A DNA stretch of 63,778 nucleotides, counting the filler, from Collodictyon triciliatum (taxonomy: Eukaryota): the NCBI GenBank assembly GCA_043381765.1. It is 17 parts of 17 records of this genome, joined end to end, with 100 filler letters (N's around TTAATTAATTAA, not from the genome) between each part and the next. Parts side by side here need not be neighbours in the genome. Positions count along the whole stretch, not along the records: positions 54,107 to 57,865 come from JBHJMP010006924.1; positions 57,966 to 61,723 come from JBHJMP010006925.1; positions 61,824 to 63,778 come from JBHJMP010007001.1; 14 more parts are not named here. The stretch is one strand, 5' to 3'. Shown piece by piece: positions 54,107 through 63,778 of this stretch; position 1 is the stretch's first letter, and each line of letters starts with the position of its first letter. A program made the position numbers and the translations under genes. The notes beneath the pieces are model-generated. The model had not been told where the DNA came from. It made no database searches and saw only the letters and a list, made by a program, of their open reading frames with translations.

Positions 54107-56618
54107 GTTCCAAATTTTGATTGTGTTATCGCTGCTTCCAGAGAGGATTCTTGTTCCATCTGGAGAGGTAATGACACACCTGACAGCATTTCCGTGACCT
54201 GTTATGGTTCTGAGTAATGCTCCATCTGATATACCCCATACTTTTATTGAAAAATCAGCACTGCCTGATATAATTTTGGTATTGTCAGGAATGATAAAAA
54301 CAGAATTCACTCCTTTTGTATGTCCAGATAATGTTCGAGTTAAAGTTCCATCCGAAACTCTCCAAACATTTATATTTGTATCATCACTTCCTGATACTAT
54401 AACAGAATTATCCGATGTTACTGCTGCGCTTCGAACAGCTGAAGTATGTCCATTAAAGGTTTTCAATAATAAACCATCTGAGAAATTCCACATTTTAACG
54501 GTATTGTCGCTGCTTCCTGAGACTATTTTTGTTCCATCAGCCGAAACAACTACACTATTCACAGCACTTGTATGTGCATTTATTGAAAGAGCTTGAGAAC
54601 CATCAGCATAATTCCAGATTCTTATTGTGTTGTCACTACTTCCTGATACAATTTTTGTTTTATCTTGGCTCAAAGCAACGCTATTCACTGAACTTGTGTG
54701 GCCTGAAACTGTCAAAGTCAAGCTGAAATCAGGAAAGCTCCACAATTTGATTGTTGTGTCATCGTTTCCAGACAAAAATTTTAAGCCATCAGAAAGAACT
54801 GAAATTCCATTAATTCCAAGAATGTGCTCGTTCATTATATTTATGGTCACTCCGCTTGAAAAATTCCAAATTCTGAGGGTGTAATCACTGCTTCCAGAAA
54901 CAATTTTTGAGCCGTCAGAAGAAATCGAAACAGTGTTGACTACTCCGGTGTGCCCATTGAGTGTGTGAATTAAAGTTCCGTCTAAAATGCTTGTTATTTT
55001 TATTGATTTATCGCTGCTTCCTGAAACAATTTTTGTTCCATCTGATGTGATTAAAACGCAGTTCACATAATCAGTGTGAACTTTTATATCTTGGACTAAT
55101 GTTCCATCAAAAAATTTCCAAACTTTGATTGTTTTGTCTGAACTTCCGGACACAATGTTTGAATTATCGGGAGTTAAAGCAACACTTGTTACAATTCCAG
55201 TGTGCCCAGTCAACGTTCTAATTAATTTTCCATCAGATATGTTTGTAATTCTTATTGTTTTATCGCTGCTTCCTGATATAATTTTTGATCCATCTGAAGT
55301 TAAAGCAACTGAGTTAACTGATTCAGAATGTATTTCAAATGATTGAATCAAAGAACCGTCTTCAACATTCCATAACTTGATTGTTTTATCTGAACTTCCA
55401 GAGATTACTTTGGAGCCATTTGCTGTTAAAGTCAGCGTGTTAACGACATCTGTATGTCCAATCAACGACCTGATTAAATTGCCATATGGCAGATTCCAAA
55501 TCCTAATGATGTAGTCTGAGTGCCCTGATATAGAAATTGATTTTGACTGAGAAGAAGCCATGCTTGTAACTCTGGAACCTCTTGAGTAAACAGGACTTCC
55601 ATCATTAAAATTCCAAAGTCTTACAGTTCGGTCTACGCTCCCAGACACAATTTTTGAGCCATCAGGGGAGACAAAAACACTCCATATTTGATGTAAATGA
55701 CCAGTCAATGTGCGAATCAAAGCTCCATCATAAAGATTCCAGATTTTGATTGTTCTATCCCAACTTCCTGAAACAATGTTTGAGCCATTAGGAGTAACAG
55801 CAACGCTCCAAACATAACTAGTATGACCAGTCAATGTGCGAATCAAAGCTCCATCAGAAAGATTCCACATTTTGATTGTATCATCTCCACTTCCAGACAC
55901 AATTTTTGAGCAATCAGGGGAGACTAAAACACTCCAAACTTGATGTAAATGACCAGTCAATGTGCGAATCAAAGCTCCATCAGAAAGATTCCAAATCTTG
56001 ATAGTACTATCCCAGCTTCCAGAAACAATTTTTGAACCATCAATAGTAACGGCAACACTCCAAACAGCATAAGTGTGACCAGTCAATGTGCGAATCAAAG
56101 CTCCATCATAAAGATTCCAGATTTTGATTGTTTTATCCCAACTTCCAGAAACAATATTTGAATTATTATGAGAGACAACAACACTAAGAACACCACTAGT
56201 ATGACCAGTCAATGTGCGAATCAAAGTTCCATCAGAGAGATTCCAAAGTTTAATAGTGCCATCTTCGCTTCCAGATCCAATTTTAGATCCATCAAGAGTA
56301 ACAGCGACACTCCTAACAGCATGATTATGACCAGTCAATGTGCGAATCAAAGCTATATCAGAAAAATTCCAAATTTTGATTGTTTTTTCAGCACTTCCAG
56401 ATATAATTTTTGAACCATCAGGAGTAACAGCAACACTCCAAACTGAATTAGTATGACCAGTTCCGGCTGTGTAAATCGAAGAAACTTGCGCAGAAATCGA
56501 CGAAATGTACTCAAGGATGGTGATTGCTATAAAAAATTGTTATAATAGAAAAGAGAATGATTCAGAATGAAAAGGGCTTACCCAGTATTATTTGCTTAAG
56601 ATGTAGACTCTTCTGCAT
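54107..56618 (-). CDS. Multi-propeller WD40-repeat protein, copy B, with signal-peptide-like leader (exon 1 56582-56618, intron 56527-56581; 3' truncated)
   Basis: The spliced N-terminus MQKSLHLKQIIL|AITILEYISSISAQVSSIYTAGTGH... is in frame with the supplied 54059-56350 ORF. 19 WD40 repeats are visible. Confidence 0.93.
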
Positions 56619-58098
56619 TGTTGTAGAAACTATTAACGTAACAATATTCATTATAATTTTTGTCTATAAGCAGCATCCTTTAACTCTCTTAATTCAACCA
56701 ATATTTTCTTTCGTGTAATTTTCGGCCTTCTGTTTTCTAAATTTATTCGAATAGTGTGTTGCTTTGATGATTACTAATATGCATTAAATTTACGTAATTC
56801 TGATCTATTTTATTAATTTTTCAACAGAATGCAAATATAAAATGTTTTTTCGCTCATTATTAAGTGTTATAGAAGAATTAAATATAAACTGATATGATGT
56901 GATGTAAGAAATATAATAATAAAATAAAATAAAAATTAATTCAAATTAAACATGATATAGTTGCACAGTAGTATATCATTTGACTAAATATAATTTATAA
57001 ATGACAATGGTGAAGTATAGACAAGACTCTGTAATAATCTTTCTACGATTCATATAAAATTTTTTAATATGTGAATTTTGGTAAATTCCGAAATTCCAAC
57101 GATAATTTTAATACATTAATTTCAAAAAATTGTTGTATTCGAGAAAATATATTCAGAGCTTATTTCACTTTGTAATAATGCAGGTATATTTTTGCCCTTT
57201 TTATCCTCATTTTTTAATGTTTAATCCATATTTAAAATGTCAAGTTCATAGAATATTGAAAAAAAATAATTATGAGTCAAAAATTATTACAAATAAAAGG
57301 AGAAGAATGTATACTAAATTGTTGCAGAAATCATTCAATTATAATAGATACTTTCAAATAGGACTTAATTTTTGTATTAAAATGCAAATCAATTTGAAAA
57401 GTATTTAGTAAAAATTTCCCTTTTTTATTTTCTTTTTACATATTTTACATTATTAAAATGAAGCAGATTAAATAATGTTTATTGACTTGACTAAAGTGTG
57501 ACAAAGTGTGATTTAAAATAAATAAATGAATAAATAGCTAAAAAAATGATCCTCTTTAATATTTATAATTCAATCTCCTTAAGTCATCCATTGTACAAAA
57601 ATTTATCATGGGAAAAAACTTTGAAATTTAACATAATATTACTCATTCATCCAGATCAAAATTCAAATTAAACAAATCAATATTTCACGTTTTCCTTGTG
57701 CTAATCAAAAGCATATAAAATATCCTGAGAAGCCTAGACCAATTATATTTCAAGCAGGTCGATAGAAAGATAGAGCTTCATATTTCTTTTTTATACAAAT
57801 TTTTTACAATTTTGTTTCCGATTAATAAGTGACACTTCTAAGCAGATTTATCAACAAATGCTATGNNNNNNNNNNNNNNNNNNNNNNNNNNNNNNNNNNN
57901 NNNNNNNNNTTAATTAATTAANNNNNNNNNNNNNNNNNNNNNNNNNNNNNNNNNNNNNNNNNNNNAAAAGAAAAAAAGAAAAAAAGAAAAAAAAGAAAAA
58001 AAAGAAAAAAAAGAAAAAAAAGAAAAAAAAGAAAAAAAAGAAAAAAAAGAAAAAAAGAAAAAAAAAGAAAAAAAGAAGAGAAAGATGAGCAGCTACTG

Positions 58099-61000
58099 TT
58101 AGTCGAGAAATCGAGGGTGAAAAGGTTTCGACTCTTTCTTCGAGCGCGCTGACAACGGTGTGCCCGATGGATCCAAAATGATTGGTAAGTGTATGGGATT
58201 TGCAGCGGGAGTATCCTTCTAATATCAAAACATTCAATCAGCCATATGATATAGTAATTTTTTTTTCTGAATAAAACAAATCGCCCATCTGCTGGAGAGC
58301 GACACCCTGAAACTTCAAATGGAGGTGAACTATCTATGCGATGTGTCGTAAAGATTCGCCCTTATACTCCCATACGCTTTCAGGGTGTCTTTGTTGCTCT
58401 GTCAGAAGGCCGTTCGATGCTTTTCCGGCACCAGGCAGTTGTGCAATCTTCTCGTAATCCTTCATGGACGGCTTAGGATGGCGAGGTGATGCCTGGGTAG
58501 ATAAGTTTGCATTTATATCGGCGCACAACCTCGGTTCAAATAAATATCAGCCACGACAACTTGTCACATAATCAAAATGTTATGGATTCAATCAGAGTAA
58601 AGTCAAACAAGAATCGAGGTTCTGGCGATGGAAGGCGGATGTGCTCGTGACTTTTGAGGAAAAGTAGATGGTATCTCGAGTTCTCGTTGCACCGCCATCT
58701 TCTTTTCCCTAATGAGGATATATAACTAATTAAAAAAAACAAAACAAAAAGCATAAAGTATCAAATAAAGTATCAAATAAAGTATCAAATAAAGTATCAA
58801 ATAAAGTATCAAATAAAGTATCAAATAAAGTATCAAATAAAATCAAATAAAATCAAATAATACACATGTTGTAGTTATATTGTATACATAAGTTTTTCTC
58901 CCTATAAAAATTACATATCAAGATCAACTGGCTTTGCATCAGGAAATAAGGTTAGGTAGCTATTTTTCACAAATGATTTGTTTGGAAACCTATTCGAATT
59001 GTGTGTGTTCATAGAAATAGGTGATTAAAATGGCGGTGTTCCCTATCCGTTTCTTTCTATGACTTTGTAAAAGTAAGAGTCAAATTATGTCGGTCGAGAT
59101 GTGCAAGTTACCCTGGGGGTGCAAGTTTTGTAGCTTCTCTTATTCTCGAGGAAAGCCACTTCCGCTTAATATTCCATAGTTCCATCATTAGGTCTGTGGT
59201 GTGTGTATCAGCTCCTGAATATTGAAATAAAGCATGAATAAGACATTACAAAAAAAATGAGGAAAAAGGAGTTGAGAATTAAAGGAGAAAAGGAGAAAAA
59301 GGAGAAAAATAGATGAAGTTTACGTCGTAATAAGTCTGCCTTGTTGACTACGAGAAATTCTGCCTCCTTATCAACTAGGACGGTAAATGGAATAGGAGTA
59401 CCAGATAGGACACAGCTCTCTCCGAATGTCTCTCCTTCCCCCAAAAATGATAATTCGAGCTTTGCTTTATGTCTGAATCTTGTAACCTAACCATAAAATC
59501 TATATCATAGGCGCCAACGGGGTTTGCTGGGAAAGTAGAAGTGATAGTTACCAGACGGCTTTTGGTGTAAGTTGTCCGTGGCATATTGATATCGTTATTC
59601 AACAGATCAATTTGTGAAATAGTCAGGGTGAGCAAATTTTGGTCGCGATAATCGAACCAAAAGGGATCAATCTGATCATCATCATCATCATCACAACCAT
59701 CATCACTGTTACACATACTCGATTCCTCCTGATTTTGGAGATAAAAAGATCATCCATGTGCTTTAAATTTTCCTCAAACTTGAACAAATAAAAAATTTCA
59801 TAACATTGGAAAAATCGATGAAAATATACATCCGAACGAGGTTTTGAGTCTTCAACATCGGCAAAGTAGACGACCCTACATTGTCCTTTATAAATGATAA
59901 ACATATCATCCATGACACTTCCTTGTTGTACTACCACGGCTGTGTTGAGAAAAGGGCTTATTATACAAGAAAGTAATGCTGAATTTTGCAAGACAGTTAC
60001 TACTCTAATCACAAATGCACTCATGCAAGCAAGGAAAAGAATGATAACCTTCATTCGAATCGTACGAGACATTTTTCATAAAATAGATGAGTTTGGTAAG
60101 TCTACTTTCTTCCCACCGTTTGAAATACGTGAGTTTCTTCAAAAAGTCAAATTTTCTGTTGAATTCCATCACTTGAATTCTCTAATATAAATCAAATGTT
60201 CTTTTTAGGGAGGATGAAAAATAATCAAGGAGATGTAATTGATACGTGATGAGATTGTGAAAACAAAAATTCAACCTTTAAGGTTTTGTCATAATCATCC
60301 TTGTGTATCTGTAATCAAAATACTAAGGATAAATGTTCTTTTATCATACTCAAAAGAATTTCAGAATTGCATCCATTTCATGGAAAGCTTACGAAAATAA
60401 GCATATAAAGCATTTCTTTTCTTCAAAAGGAAGAAATAAATATTTTTACTGTAAGGAATTCTGTGTCCTCGGTAGTTACAACAGTGGCGACTCTAAGTGT
60501 GATTGTTAAGGAGTAAAAATTTCATCTGTTTTCTTAATATTACTTGATTTTTCAATTTTTCTGGTACTTAATTCAAGCCCATATTAACACACACACACAC
60601 ACAAAAAAAAAAAAGAGAAGAAACGAAGAAAAATGTTTTTTTTAAAAAAAAAGTAATTAATAGCTAGTATAAACACGAAGCAAAAAGATTATCTCCAATA
60701 CGCCCAAAAGAGTATCACCTTGGGGCTGGAGTATTGCGCAGGAGAGCCAATTCGCCAAAAGATTCACCCGCTGTTATTATCGCGACCTTTCTGCCAAAGT
60801 CGACACCTGCGTTTGACTTTTCATTAAAATTCTTAGTAACAAAAAACAAAAAACAAAAAACAAAAAACAAAAAACAAAAAACAAAAAACAAAAAACAAAA
60901 AACAAAAAACAAAAAACAAAAAATGAAAAAAAGTACAAAACACAAAAAGATCAAAAATTCAACAAGCATGCAAATAACTATATACTGTTTTTTTTTTTTA

Positions 61001-61600
61001 AAAAAAAACAATTAAATTAAAGAAAGGAATTTCTTTTATCATATCGAAATGCAATGTAATCAAATCTTACCGATTCAACGGTATTTTCGGGAACCTCCTT
61101 GTCAGATGTATTTACGTATACACCAACAGATCCGGTAAGTATCACATAGAAAATTCCGCCCACAGAACCCTGCAGGAACACTACGCTGTTTGCAAGAAAT
61201 TTTTCGTACTGCATCGCCTATGCAATAAGTAGTCCGCGATGAAAACGCTGCCAACTTTTGGACGTTTATTCGATTTCAACTCGATATGTGTACACAAACT
61301 TCAATGATCTGTATGTTCATGAACAAATAGATAAACCGACAATTTTCAAAGTGCTTACACGGCAGATATCCTTATGAATGTCGACAGGTGTATTTACAAA
61401 GAACTTCAGATGTTTGGTAGATTCTCTTAATATTGCCTTTGAAGGTTTCGTTGAATTAGTAAACATTTTATACTACACTTTCTTAGTCATTCTTTTGAAA
61501 ATATCTCAAAGTCACCAGATCAGACAGCGTTCTTTCTTCATGGTATTTGTAAAGAATCTCTCGCACCATCGACGCTTGCAATTCGTCAGTTGCATCAAAT
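58099..61600 (-). CDS. Tandem cyclic-nucleotide-binding domain protein, CNBD2-like (multi-exon, 5' partial)
   Basis: EERTLSDL..LKFF...DIC precedes a first CNB domain, VVFLQGSVGGIFYVILTGSVGV...GESFGELALL...RVATV. The second CNB domain is VVVQQGSVMDDMFIIYKGQCRV...GETFGE. Confidence 0.8.
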
Positions 61601-62094
61601 CTAAACCCAACGTGCTGTGATAGCATGAAAAAGAAAAGAAAAGAAAAGAAAAGAAAAGAAAAGAAAAGAAAAGAAAAGAAAAGAAAAGAAAAGAAAAGAA
61701 AAGAAAAGAAAAGAAAAGAAAAGNNNNNNNNNNNNNNNNNNNNNNNNNNNNNNNNNNNNNNNNNNNNTTAATTAATTAANNNNNNNNNNNNNNNNNNNNN
61801 NNNNNNNNNNNNNNNNNNNNNNNATTATATTTCTAAAAAACCACACCAAAAATATATAAAATTTAACTAATTAACTCTTAAAAAAAAAAAAAAAAAAAAA
61901 ACTCGTCCACCTTCTCCTTCTCCTCCTTATATCATTTTCTTTTCTCCAATACGAAAATATCTATTGCTGGAGCATTGTCTCATCAATATTATATTTACAC
62001 ATCGATTGGATATATTCACTGAAACTCTCATATATTGATTACAAACTAAGTGAATAAAATAAATTTAAAATGCACCGATATCTACGGTACGCAG

Positions 62095-63503
62095 GGGTCT
62101 TCGTGAAGATGCATTTGCCCATATGTTGAGCCTCGCGAATGTCCACGCCTACTCGCGCGCCCTCGTCTTCGATTGTTGTATGGGTCTCGTGACTGCGGCT
62201 GTGGCGGAGAGGCTTGGAGGTACTGAGTGCATTGGCTTCTTGCAAAGCAGACTTGCTCCACAACAGAATCTACAACTTGTAAATAGGTCGCTATACAGAT
62301 ATTAAACACCCGCATAAAAAAGAATAAATTAAAAAAAAAAACTTACTCCTAGGATTTGGGGAAATTCTCGCCCCGCACGAAGGGAAACACCCAAAAGCAG
62401 ATATCGCACTGATGCTGAACTTCTCGGAGGCAGTAATCAACACCGTCAAGCATTTCCCACTGGAACTGGTCACTAAGATGTCAGAGCCACAAGCAGAATC
62501 TCAACCAGAATCTCAGCTAGAATCTCAGCCAGAAGCACAAGCAGAAGCACAAGCAGAAGCACAAGCAGAAGCACAAGCAGAAGCACAAGCAGAAGCACAA
62601 GCAGAAGCACAAGCAGAAGCACAGGCAGAAGCACAGGCAGAAGCACAGGCAGAAGATGAGGTCATGGTTCAACCAGAGATCGACTCACAAAAGAAAGAGG
62701 TCTCTGCAGAAAACAGCAGTGGCCGAATGAAGCGCAAACGAGCGCAACTCTCGCCTGAAGTTCAAGAGTTGATGGAGCAGCACCGCAGAACGCACCGCTT
62801 CCCCCGCATCACAGAAACATCTGTTCGAGAGTCTCTCACGCGCGGCTGCGACAGGTCCCATATGCTCTCTTACTCTCTCCCCTTTTTCTAATCACATCAC
62901 ACCACATCACACCACATCACATCACATCACACCTCAGCCTCATCATCGCGACGCCCCACGACCCAACGGAATGTCTTGCACTGCTCCTCCCCTTCCTCCG
63001 CGGCTCGGGCTCCTTTGTTGTTTTCTGTCCATTTGTTCAGGTGAGGGTTGCATTCCAAACAAAACAAAACAACACAAAACAAAACAGAACAAAACAAAAC
63101 AAAACAAAACAAAACAACTCAGTCCCTAACTCTGGCTCTCTCAATGCACCCGCTTCGCAGCCTCTCGCAGAGGCGATGCTGTCTCTGGGCCAAACCGGCC
63201 TTGCCACAAAGCTGGAGCTCTTTGAGACGTGGTTGCGCCATTACCAGGTAACCCGCCGAGGACACCCATACGTAAATACATGCACATATAATGCTTGAAG
63301 GCAGACAACACAAAGGAGCCGGATTAGACGTACGAAATGAGAACAGAGAAGCAGACCACCGAAACGACAAAACAACTGCGCCGTAGGTTCTGCCCAACCG
63401 CACACACCCGGAGATGATCACCCACGCTGCGAGTGGCTTCGTCCTCTCCGGAGTCAAAGTCTACACCCGCGATCTGTGTCCGCCGATCCCGATCCACTCG
63501 TGA
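62095..63503 (+). CDS. TRM6: tRNA m1A58 methyltransferase non-catalytic subunit TRM6/GCD10 (multi-exon, 5' partial)
   Basis: LREDAFAHMLSLANVHA...DCCMGLVTAAVAERLGG, DSLIIA, LRGSGSFVVFCPFVQPLAE and ETWLRHYQVLPNRTHPEM...SGFVLSG. Confidence 0.92.
62531..62655 (+). repeat. Coding (GAAGCACAAGCA)n = (EAQA)n insertion in TRM6
   Basis: In-frame 12-bp tandem repeat. Confidence 0.9.
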
Positions 63504-63778
63504 TACCCTGCCTGTGCGCCAGCGTCGTGTCTTTTTCGTTCCGTTTTCTTTCTCTTCTTTTATCAATGACAACACGACCCATTATGCACCATAAAGCGGA
63601 AACAGTCGGCCATGGATCCATCCCGTGTGCCTTTCGTGGCTGCAGGGTCAGGGAAAGAGGAGGGGAGGAACGGAGTGGGGACAGGTCTTATCCGTGTTGA
63701 TTTAAGCGGGCGAAACAACAAAAAAAAAAAAAAAAAAGAAAAGGAGAAAGAAAGAGAAAAAAAAAAAGGGGAAAAGGA

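Noticed and set aside
55699-56352. Identical 24-bp repeats with unique intervening sequence, CRISPR-like
   Set aside because: The period is 126 bp (42 codons) inside an open WD40 frame, the intervening parts are homologous to each other, and there are no cas genes.

Overview
This window is not one locus. It is 17 short contigs (about 3.76-3.78 kb, roughly size-sorted) joined by an artificial 100-bp linker (N44-TTAATTAATTAA-N44). They come from an AT-rich, intron-rich, microsatellite-dense eukaryote that uses the standard genetic code, most likely a flagellated protist. Genes recognised by hand translation and splicing, mostly partial: AP-4 epsilon, DRC5/TCTE1, AIDA, an AIG2-like cyclotransferase, WDR27, an LMBR1-family protein, DDX20/Gemin3, Hrq1 helicase, TRM6, a tandem cNMP-binding protein, a copine-like C2-C2 protein and a calaxin-like EF-hand protein. 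The most striking signal is a pair of paralogous WD40 genes (4931-7636 +, 54107-56618 -) with at least 19-20 repeats. A small first exon gives them a signal-peptide-like leader. Their first seven repeats look shuffled and vary at the top-face positions, while repeats 8-19 stay positionally conserved. This suggests a secreted or surface 'variable + constant' WD40 receptor family (inference). Other notable items are a bacterial-type DUF4114/Ig-repeat surface protein with an (SRSK)n/(SQ)n stalk, a GT8-like + GT64 fusion with degenerate catalytic motifs, and an internally duplicated membrane protein broken by a homopolymer frameshift. All family assignments come from recalled motifs, not database searches.
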